From NCBI RefSeq assembly GCF_021869535.1, contig NW_026262679.1, forward strand, positions 37,448,001 through 37,512,000: DNA of 64,000 nucleotides, read 5' to 3'. Below are positions 48,189-59,100 of this stretch, piece after piece. This stretch comes from Mytilus californianus (Eukaryota). A program made the position numbers and the translations under genes. Each line of letters starts with the position of its first letter. Within the stretch, counting starts at the first letter, position 1. Under the pieces are notes generated by a model. That model saw only the letters and a program-made list of their open reading frames with translations. It was not told the origin of the DNA and did not search any database.

Positions 48189-49158
48189 TCCAATATTTTA
48201 ATCCTGGTATCTTTAATGACTTTATTGAAGGTTTAAAATGAATAACAGCAATGCAGTAAAAGTTGTTTGGAGATTAGTGAATTAAACATCATAAGGTATC
48301 AACAGTGTATTTATTCTAAAAAATATATATATGAGTTCCTACGAGCCTGAATATGACTCCTCTTGCAAAAATAAGCCATTTAAGATTAGTTTCCACTTTT
48401 CTCTTATGAAGCAAAAAGATTGAATACTTCATGAATACAAAAACCATATTTACTGTGTAACTGGTAAAATCAAAATGTTAAAATCCGTAAAATCGATACG
48501 ATAATACGAAACCAAGACAACCTTGAAGAAAACAAAAACTGGTAAACAAATCATCACAAAGACGTGCGTTTATAATATATAAAAGGCAGATACCGATTTA
48601 AGTGCATACAATCCGTGTTTTTTTTTGTTTGAGACCACTGCAATAAAGTGTGAGAACCAAACTTTAAAATTTTTCAGTAGCACATATACTTAATTACAAC
48701 AACCGGAAAATTAACTCCAGGCAATGTGAATATCCTAAGGAGGATTTATTTATAAATCTTGGATGTGCACATCATTTGATACGCATGTATGTTTTGTATT
48801 TGCCTAGTAAGTCAAAGTTTAAGCTTCATCGATGAATTTACATAGAAAACGCTCTTTTGTCGCACAATATTTAAGCGGAGTATAGCAAAGTAGTTCATAA
48901 AAAAGGTGGACACGGATAGCAAAAGAAGAGTGATGAAAGATGGAAAAAAGATAACGAGGAATAAAAATTCCACGAATATGAGCCTCGATAAACGGAAGCG
49001 GGTGACACAAAGGGTAGAGAAAAAAGTCTTCACTCTTTAACAATAAACTTTGGTGGATAGTTGTCTCATTGGAAATCATACCATATTTATTTATTTTTGT
49101 TTGATATCCAAGTTACTTTGGTTTCACATTAACTAATTAACATATGATCATTTGTAAA

Positions 49159-49638
49159 TTATGATTTAATACTGCTTCCAAACGCTGTAATAAAAACATT
49201 GAGAATTGTTACTGCAATTACACAAACTGTTGCTACTATATCAATTTTGTATATTTTCCAACAGCAACAGCTCGGTATATCTGCAAAACAGTTTGTACAT
49301 ACTGCAGATTTTGCACTGACGTTAGATGATGTTTGATTCACGGTTGATTGCGATTTAGTTTTGTTCTCATTTGCATGCTGTCGTTTGTTCTGAGCTTGTT
49401 TCTCTACTATAAGCAAAGCATAGAGCAAAAAAGCACTTATCAGGTGGAACGATATAGAGGCAATAAGGAGACCAACAAGGGCCATATAGTATTTATTATC
49501 CGTAGAATCTAAGACTGATCTCAGCTGAGATACGTTTGCCATCAGTAAGGCAACGTCATATAATCCTTTTGTAACGTCACGTCGAGATTGGAATTTGTTT
49601 GAAACACTGGTATTGGAACTACTCTCAGTTTCATCTTC
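49159..49638 (-). CDS. Ninjurin terminal exon containing the whole ninjurin domain (480 nt)
   Basis: Open frame from the acceptor at 49639-49641 to TAA at 49159-49161; ninjurin signature motifs. Confidence 0.92.
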   Translation of the reverse strand, partial: EDETESSSNTSVSNKFQSRRDVTKGLYDVALLMANVSQLRSVLDSTDNKYYMALVGLLIASISFHLISAFLLYALLIVEKQAQNKRQHANENKTKSQSTVNQTSSNVSAKSAVCTNCFADIPSCCCWKIYKIDIVATVCVIAVTILNVFITAFGSSIKS

Positions 49639-52600
49639 CTGAAATCAGAGAAAAGATGACGTTCAGACACTTCTATTTAAAAAAAAATGATCTTTCGTCT
49701 AACTAAAGACGCAGGTTATTAAAATATTGAAATAACCTATTATCAGTACTCTTAATTCAACATCTATTTTATATTTTGGTTCAGGTTATTGATTTTTTCT
49801 CAATTGACCACATCATTTTCAAGTAATGTCCTTTTAACATATTGTTAAATAATTAATTGAGTATAACTTAACAATTATAAGGATATATACATTTTCTTAA
49901 AGGGGCATTAGCTACGAATTAGTAAAAAAAAAAAAACCGAAATTTTTGTTTTGTTTCAAACATTTATCAAAGCGGAATATAGTAATATCATTTTGCTATT
50001 AGCAGTCAGTTTGGTTCAATTCGTTAAATAAGCTAAAAAAAATCGCTAATGTATTATTGGCTTGCGAGTCAATAAATTCAACTCATTTGAATCCGTATTC
50101 ATGTAACCTTTAATTTGACACGTGTTTGTCTGTTTATTTAAATTTATATTTATATTTATATTTATGCTTATATAGGGTAATATAATCGTCGGCAGTTTTC
50201 GGAGGTCATCTCGATAGACAATTAGATGGCGTCTAGTCTAAAATACGCACAATATGCTCTTACATTTTAACTAGTCCATGGACTCTTAATAGTTTTTTTT
50301 TACTATTGTAATTTGAATTTACGTTTTAGTATGTTATAAATTAAATATGAGAATTTGGGTCAAATTTGTGAACATGAATTAACAGCTAATCCCCCTTTAC
50401 AAATAATCATATATAGCCGTACTATACAGCGTAGCAAGGAATACATAGCATTACAGTACTATTCCGATGCACTAATTCATCTTCATGTCTTTTGTGCGGT
50501 AATAAAATATCATGGATGTTACAACTTTTGGTAAATATCTGTAATTCAATTAATAAAATCATCCAGGTTTTTGCAATTTGGCAATATTTCTAGAATTTAA
50601 GATTTCCAACGACCTCTCTTTGTTATTGATGTTGAAATCCACCTTTTTCATATTCAAACGCCACTGTTGAATCTTATCTAAACTGAACATGCTTCTAGTA
50701 CACTTGATTAACAGCCTGGTATCTTTTATGTTTTTTTCTCAAAAACAAAGTTTTTTTGTGTTAAGGTAGTTGGGATGTCTACATGATCGACGATAGATTT
50801 TTCTTAAACTTTTGTAAAAGACTTCTGGGTCAATGTTCTTTCAAATTTCAATATAAAAACAGGGGGTCACGGTCCTTGTTTTTTCGTTAAAATACAATGA
50901 AATTAACGAAATCGGGGTTATTTTATATTGGTTATATAGGGGAAACTTAATTTTTCCTTATTGAGGAAACATTAAACGATAGAATTGGCTAAAATTCAAT
51001 GAGAGAATTGCTTTTTATTAATACTACTGAAATATCGAATAAAAATAGGGGGTCACGAGGTTATTTTCTTTAAAAATCCAAAAAGCACAAATTGTTCTAT
51101 CAAATTCAGTATAATTATCTGCCCTTGATTTTAAAAGATTTTTTCTGACAATTTAAAAAACACTTTACGACATTTAAGTTTTTGAATATAATCTTTAAAT
51201 TTCAAGTTTTAGATATTTTTGTTGTTTCATGAATGATACTTGGGTAAAATATTTTTAAACAAAAAGGTATTTTTGCAACATGACCAGAATGGATGCGCAG
51301 AAAAAGACACCTGATCCACCTTAAGTCCTTAGATTGGAAAATAATTTCTAAAGAATCGTTCTATTATGAAACACATAAATTTCATGTTTTTTATAACAAA
51401 GCAGCCCACAGGTGAATCTCTTCATATGACTGAATTTGTATTAAAAAAAGTTAATGAGATAACAATGAATAATAAAGCGTACGTTAAAGAGATATATCTT
51501 GTCATTTGGTCGTTGGAAACACATGGCATAAATAGTCCAGATTTAAAGTTATTGATATCATAAAAATGTTCCTTTTCAGAAACATTATAACTATCGATTG
51601 TTTCTCGTGCGTTTGATACATGTTTTGTGAGGGAAAAAATATTTCAATGCGGTTACACAATCCATCTAATACTATACAATTATAGCCTTTGTATGAGGTC
51701 GATACGAGGTTATATCGACCTAAGAGAAGCATATTGACTGAGGACGAAGTCCGAGGTCGATATGCTTCTCTGGGTCGATATAACATCGTATTGACCTCAA
51801 CCAAAGGCTACAATTGTTATATTATTAATCAACAACTATTTCATGAACAATGTAAAATTGGGGATTTCTAGAATCTATTTTTAGTAACATGCTGTATGCT
51901 CTGTGCAATATGCTGTTTTTGACCTACGAAAAGCTAAACACAACAGTATTGGTGTGCAAACTGAGCAAATACAAATGTACATGTGATCAAGTTTTAACGA
52001 ATCACAAATCCTTAAAAATATTCGGTTAATAATATAAACTAATATCCTGTAACAAACAATTCCATTACGGTCTGTAATAGGCATGTTGCTTAGGAGGTAG
52101 ATGCTATACGCGTACAGTATACATAATTTAAACACGCATACGTTTTAAGGATCGATACTTACAATCAGAGTTCTTGGGCTTTCCTCTTCGTCTTTGCCTT
52201 CAGGGGGTGGTTTCTAAAATTCATAAGAGTATATCAAAAACAAAGCACTTTAATGCAGCAGAGTTCCGAAATATCGTCCCTTTCTTTATGTAATCTTAAG
52301 CCACTATATTTAACAATACATTGAAAATTCAAGAGATAAATGATTCTGAAGATTTTTTTTAAATTTCTGAACGATAGTTTAAACAAATTAAAATGAAAGA
52401 GTTTGATGTTTAAATTATTTTTTTTAGTGTCACCATTTGTGATTTTTTTTGGATAAACATGACAATAATAGCAATAAAATCCATATTACAATAGCTAATT
52501 GTATTAAATTGAATAGATATCGTATTGGTTTTCGCCGCTTTTCCATTTGAAAAAAAGAATTTTGGAAAACCTTGTAGTTTTTTCATCACAAACTTTACAG

Positions 52601-55132
52601 GTGTTATAAAATGTTTTGATCATATTACAAACCATCGAGGTTAATTTGAACACCATATGACTTTTCGGAAGTTAAAGAAGAAATATTTGAACATTTCAGC
52701 TAAATTTCGTTTTGATTTATTATTGTCCCTCATTTCAACATACGAGTATAAAATGCCAAAATGAGAAACCATTAATATTGCATAATAAGAAAATATAATA
52801 TTACACCTATAACTCGGACATGCATGATATATTATACAGATTAATACATGGCCATTTTCGTATCGGTCCAGGTATCATCCCTTGGCCCCCTTTATCAGCC
52901 CGAGACGTTAGTCGAGGATGATACCCGGGCCGAAATGGAAACGGACATGTATTAATCTTTTTATCATTTACAACCGATGTAGAAACGCACTCAGGCTGAT
53001 AACCCCATATCAGCCTAGGTGTGAATTTATGGCTTGTTTACTTCCGCTTGTTACACATATGCAAAACTGTCATAATAATGCTAAGTATATGATAAATATC
53101 GGTAAAATGAAGGCAGTTTACTTCACTTAATGTTTAATAAGACAAAAAAGACAAAGATGAGAATAAAATTAGTTGGAATCTCATGAATTACAAACGGACT
53201 AACAACTAGTACGTTAGGGTTACAATGTCTTGTTATGTATTCGTCACTTAATATACGATTCCAAAGTCATATTCAATATTAAGTACCAAAGCTAGAACCA
53301 TATCGAAATAAGTAATAATATTAGCTGTATAACACAATGTACGTATGCGCGAACTATCTGGTACGCGTTGAATGAAAAGCTAAGATATTCTGCGACCAAC
53401 CATGTATTAATATTGAATTTAAACTGAAAAGAAAACTCCTTAAATTTGCTATCTGTATTATACACTATTTATCAATGTGTTGTTTGTCTTTTTCTTGTGT
53501 ACCTGATTATAGGCTTCTAATAGAAATCGGGAAGACATTTCAATCGCTTTGGTGTATCAATATTGATAATACTTAAACTTATTTAATGGTTCAAGTCTAA
53601 AGTATACATTTTTTCGATTGGGTGAAAAAATGCATTACTATAAATTGGTTGAATGAGTATAGTTAATAAAAGACAGAACTCACCATTTCAACTTTTGTAG
53701 AATTGTTATCAATTGACGACTGAAAAATTTAAAAAAGATCACATATTGTTAATATATCAAAAGGGGAAAAGTAAACACACAACTAATTGTAAAATATGGG
53801 ACATACTTTTGACGGTCACGCTTTGTCTCACTACTACAGACTCTCACAAAGATATAAACGAGATGTGAACATTTGTTAGAATCTTGATTTTGTTTTCCTT
53901 TAGTTCTGTAACTAACACTAAGAGATAACATCACTCCATACATACAACTTAAGCAACGAGTTAATGCAATATTGTTGACCTCCATGGTCCACATCGCCCT
54001 TCAAGGTATATATACATACAAATAAACAAGTCTAAATTGAAAACAATGTTCAGACCTATGATTGCGTTGGATAAAAACCGCAATTTTTATACGAGATATG
54101 AGATATTAATTGTCGAAATCCGGATATGGTGTACTAATTTTTGCACCTTTTGTTTGCGGTATACCATCTTTTTCCGCAAGTTTATTGTTTTCTGTTTGAT
54201 ATCAAATTAATATTTAAGATCCAATTTATTACATCTGGTGATCATTTTATTTGGCAATCGGCAATGGCAGTCAGCAGGGTTTAAGAACATCCGTTGTTCG
54301 ACCTGCTAGTCAAATGCGTTTTGTTAAAATATACTTTGTCACTTTTTTGGTCTTTTTGGAAAATGGTGTTTGTGCTGTATTTAGACCGCTATACATACAT
54401 ATATATATATAGATATATATGTACTCGTAATTCGATGCTTGCAAAGATGCATCATGTAGCGTGTTATTGCTTTCATATCATATAAGCAAGTATATATTGT
54501 AATGTATTCCCATTGCCTTGTTGACACTAATCTTTAATGGAGTAAAGTTCATGCACAAAATTGTAATCGTCATAGAAAATTGTGAAAACTTGCAACTTAA
54601 CAAGTATATTACTCAAATATAAATTCTTTCCCTGTCTTCATATATATGTCAAAACATTTTTTTTATATATTCATAAGAATTCAACTTTGAAGAGACTAAA
54701 TTAAGTATGAAACTTACATTTCGGGAGTGTAATTCGCTTTGATAACCGCCATCATCTACTTGTTTCTGTAACAAAGGATTACATCAACTGATAAACAACA
54801 AATTTCAAAGTTTATCTAAAAATATTCAGATAACGGTTTGGTATGATTAAATAAATGTATACATCATTAATATTTTAAAAATTCGGCGCCCTCATACCTG
54901 GTTTAACAAAATGCCTACAACGATAAAATAGGTAAATGTTACGTTCTCTACAATATGATGATATTGGCATTTTTTTCTTCTTCTATACACAATCATTGTT
55001 TTACGTAAAACTACTGCTTCTGCTTTTCGTGTAAGTAATTATGATGAAGCTCATAGTAAACATTGATTAAAACATACAGATAATGTAAATATTTCTTACC
55101 AAAGGAATACTTTCATGTATAGAAGTAGCCAT
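49159..55132 (-). CDS. Ninjurin-family protein, about 203 aa, 4 coding exons
   Basis: The terminal exon 49638-49159 (gatttcag| acceptor) encodes ...KFQSRRDVTKGLYDVALLMANVSQLRSVL...TM1...ATVCVIAVTILNVFITAFG, the ninjurin signature (DxALLMANxSQL and NxFITAFG). Upstream phase-0 exons: 55132-55100 (MATSIHESIPL|gtaaga), 54765-54718 (KQVDDGGYQSELHSRN|gtaagt), 52213-52163 (KPPPEGKDEEESPRTLI|gtaagt). The upstream exons are less certain, and orthology to NINJ1 versus NINJ2 is not resolvable. Confidence 0.85.
49901..50396. mobile_element. MITE, TTAA-target type (Kolobok-like), in a ninjurin intron
   Basis: ttaa|AGGGGCATTAGCT...AGCTAATCCCCCT|ttac. Confidence 0.6.
50765..51319. mobile_element. MITE, TTAA-target type (Kolobok-like), in a ninjurin intron
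   Basis: ttaa|GGTAGTTGGGATGTCT...AGACACCTGATCCACC|ttaa; imperfect TIR; internal repeat aaaa(c/t)agggggtcacg. Confidence 0.55.
51675..51818. repeat. Palindromic (foldback) element, ~64-bp arms
   Basis: acaattatagcctttg...gcatattgac / gtcgatatgc...caaaggctacaattgt around the spacer tgaggacgaagtccgag. Confidence 0.8.
52163..52213 (-). CDS. Ninjurin N-terminal micro-exon (51 nt)
   Basis: aattttag|AAACCA...CTGATT|gtaagt; open in phase 0. Confidence 0.6.
52839..52957. repeat. Palindromic element
   Basis: gattaatacatg...ggtatcatcc / ggatgatacc...catgtattaatc around ccgagacgttagtcgagg. Confidence 0.65.
54718..54765 (-). CDS. Ninjurin N-terminal micro-exon (48 nt)
   Basis: tttgttacag|AAACAA...CGAAAT|gtaagt; open in phase 0. 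Confidence 0.6.
55100..55132 (-). CDS. Ninjurin probable first coding exon (33 coding nt)
   Basis: tgcatag|A ATG GCT ACT...CCT TTG|gtaaga; phase 0. Confidence 0.55.
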
Positions 55133-55669
55133 TCTATGCAACTAAATGTGAAAATTAAAGAACATGTGCAAGCTCATTTGCTTAAATACACTTCAATAAT
55201 TTCCCTTTGTATTGTTTTTTCCAATTTTCCATTCATAAAAATTCTACTTGACCCAAATATGTACATCGATTTCCTGAATACTTGGAAAAAAGAGTGGATG
55301 GGTTAATTTTTGTTTTATCGAAAATCAAATAAATGATTCTGAATTTTTTATTGAACTTTTGTTGCATTTATTTCAGTTCCAAGGAACAAACTTTAATTGA
55401 ATAATTTCTTACCTTTTAACGTATCATTACTGCTATGACTTACAACCACTAACTGTCTATGGTTTTGTTCTAACTTTAAATTGGCAGTCCAATTGTATGC
55501 ATAAACTATATTTTCACTTTGTGCCACTTGACTCAAGCTACCGAACAATTTTAGCGAAAATTAACAAGCAAACAACGAAGAGGTATAACTAAAAACCACA
55601 ATTTCACATAAGAGGATCGCGTATTTTTTTAGCTAGCGAACAATTATGTATATGTATATATGTTAGTTT

Positions 55670-56140
55670 ATTTTGGACCAATTTATAGAGATTGTGACGG
55701 ATAACAACTATATAGGTGACGTAGAAAAGGCATTGGCGTATTCTTAAGGAAAACTCCAGAATGGTTTATGTTCGAAAATCTGATGTTAGGGTAAAAAACT
55801 GAAATTGACAAAACGAAAATAGGGAATTGGCGTACTTTAAAATGATTTCGGACGATTTAATAAAGATTGTAACGAGCAACGACTGTATAGGTGATGTAGA
55901 GGAGACACTGGCGTATCTATTAAGAAAAACTCTAGAATGGTTGATGTTCTAAAATCTGAAGTTAGGTTTAAATAACTGAAATTGCCGAAAACGAAAATAA
56001 GGGAGGGGGGTTGGGCGGTTGGCATACCTTAAGTTGATTTTTTGACCAATTTATTGAGATTATGACGGGCAACCACTGTATAGCTGATGATGGGGAGACA
56101 TTGGTGTATTGTTTAGGAAAAACTCCAGAATGTTTATGTT
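55670..56140. repeat. Diverged ~175-190-bp tandem repeat (about 2.6 copies)
   Basis: Unit ...gagattgtgacgg...tataggtga(c/t)gtaga...ggcgtat...gaaaactc(c/t)agaat at about 55670, 55846 and 56039. Confidence 0.75.
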
Positions 56141-59100
56141 TATATTTTCATGTTTGAAATTTTAATAAAAATCGTGTTTTTATAAACATATTTTACGAAT
56201 TGCGTCAATCAATACATGAAAATCAAAGTTTTACACTAGTCATGATCTGCCGTCTTTACTTTTGCGTCGTATTTCTAGCCATTCTAAAGCTCGTGCATTC
56301 AGTAAGATTTTGTAAATCGATGTCGGCAGTTAAAATTGTTATATTTCATCAGTTATGTTGTAGTTGATATAAACCTTATAAAAATGCAGTACTGTAATAT
56401 GTTTTCAGTTTTGGTGTTGATTTGTTGGAATTTAAAGTAATGAATCGGAGATTAAAAAAAAATAAAATTATTGAGTTAAAAGAACTAAAATAACTCGTGA
56501 CATTTAAGAATAGTAGAAACGGAGGAGGATTAGTCAATCATATCATTTGGTTCCAATTTTTTTTTTGGGGGGGGGGGGAGGGGGAGGTGGAATCCTGGAG
56601 TTGACTGATAATATAATAAATAAAATAGTTCAAGAAGACTAAAGCTTGTTTTGTTTATATGTAAAGGATTTAATTTTCGATTCTTGTAAAATCAATTGTT
56701 AATGGATCTCGATCAAGAGCTCAAAACTAACGCACAATGCTGTCAATCATTACACATCAAATGTAATCATGAATGGATTTTCCCATGGTCGCTCAGTAAG
56801 GTCACCTGTGTTTACTGTTACGATATTTCCCGCCATATGAAAATCTCGTGCAGTGGACAAAATTGATCGCAGCTATTTTTAGCATTCAATATTGTGAGTG
56901 AAGTCAAGTTCAAGTTCAACCACACGCTGTTGATCACTGATATGTGTATCATGGAATTGTCTTTTCACGGAAAATATTTTTTTTAGATTGCTGTCAAAAA
57001 TACAACATACAAGTTTACATGCATTGTGCGTAAATAAATATTATGAAATTAAGAGTCAATGCAGCACCATTAAATATTTAAATGGGAGTAATTACATTCA
57101 TCAAACGATTTAATTGAATGCTTCTAGTTTTAATGTCCAGTCATGTCTGTGGCAATTATTTCATGCATATTTAACAAAAACAAACATATCAAAATAAATA
57201 TAATGCCCGAGAAGAATCGTTATCTTCTTCTAGTGTTATTATTTGCGTTCTATTTTAGTTACATTATATCACCAACTTTCGGACAATATTTCTTTAAAGT
57301 AAAACGTAAATTCACAACTATAAAGAATCATCAAACTACTAGTATACAAGTATTGCTCACTGTAATTTAATTCCAGAACGGACCCAATACAGACTGAATA
57401 TTAAATACAAATGTAGTGTGGTTAAATATAGAAATATTTTGTATATGACCGTCAAACTTAAATTTATGCAGCAGCACTTTGCACATCATTCTGTTAATCA
57501 ATGGATGTACGTGGACAATAAATAAGTAAAACAAAAATAAACTTCCAGAAATAAAAAGAAAATATGTTTAAAAACTGTATGCCAACAAATACGAAAAAGA
57601 TACAAAACAAAAAAAAACAAGGAACATAAAAAAAAAATTATTTTGAGGAACCAAGAATATAATCAGCAGTTGAAATATAAAATGCCATAATTAAAAAAAT
57701 AGGCTATTTTTATTAAAACAAAGTTGACTCCACTACTTTATATTTTATGTCAAATACGATATAGAACTAATCAATAAAGTGCATGGTAGGTTTAAATCAC
57801 AGTTTACCTGATTCTGAAATCAGTGAAGCGTAATTGTCTAGTAGCACGGATTAAGATGAAAGGACAATTAAATTACCATTCACACCTGGATCTGTTGATT
57901 ATTGACCAAACTACCTCCCATAAAATTGTCGGATTATTCATTTCTGACATGTCCGAGTCCGTTATGTATAATAATAAGTCTCTACCTGTACTGTATGTAC
58001 ACATTTTGCCTCATAATTTAATATCAGTACTTCTTATAATGCCCTCAGTATATTCATTATATATAGTAAAAATAAAACTGGCCTACCAAAGGAGTAGTTT
58101 CATCGCTTGAAGTTGCCATTCCGTGCGATTGCGATGGGTAGTAAAACGGAAATATTTAAGGTCATATACAAAATTTTCTTATATATGCATTTATATACAC
58201 TCCCTCTAAATTGTGTTTTCCAATTATCGATTCATTCAAATGCTCGTGACCAAAAAAGTTACGTTCATTACTGAATTCCTGATAAAATAAACTATGGTGT
58301 TAAATGCTTTCGTGTCGTTTTTTGTTGTTGAATAATGTTCGATTTCAATGAAAAAAGAATGTGCTGAATTGCTCTATAGTTTTTTTACTATAATCTCTTT
58401 GACTGATTGGAAAGCCAAAATAACAAACTAACAATGGTTTTGGTGTAATTGTAAATATTCTTCAATATGTACTTTACCAGTTAAGCATGATCGTTCGAAA
58501 AGAAGTTTCATATACTACTATTTAATTGCTAGTCTAGAAATTTAAACAAATTAGTATATATGCTATGCTTTCGAATGGTATACGGTAGAGCTATGTGTTA
58601 CATTGGTGCGTTTAAAAGGAACTATATGCATGATATATCAAAACTTCCCAATTCTATTTTCAGGGGTTTATAAATTGAATAGGGTTTTCTGCCTATTTGG
58701 GGGTCAGTTGATTGTAAATACTTTTGATTTATTTAATTCATGTACCAAGTTTTTTATCAATATAGGTGGAAAAAATATCTCCTCTACATTCATATTCCAG
58801 TTGTAAATGGGGACTGCCCTGTCCATTCAAAATTGGTTTTAATGGTTAAAATACCTTCAACAAAACCAGTTTATATAGGCTATGTATTGGTAACACCTAT
58901 TGAAACTTTCTGAATTAATTTTTAAAAAGTGTTCTCTGCATTATTAAGGTCTTTTTAAGTTATTTCTGCCAATAGCACCATGCTCCTTTCAAAATCTGAC
59001 AGAAACACTAGTCAGTATTCTACATAATTATCAGGTTTATTATATAGGTTTCTTGGACACTTAAGTCATGTCAGTTATTTTGGTTCTGAATTTGTTGACA

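Noticed and set aside
57790-58000. Minus-strand peptide NNPTILWEVVWSII resembling an L1/Tx1 ORF2 linker
   Set aside because: The similarity is too short and weak to call without a search.
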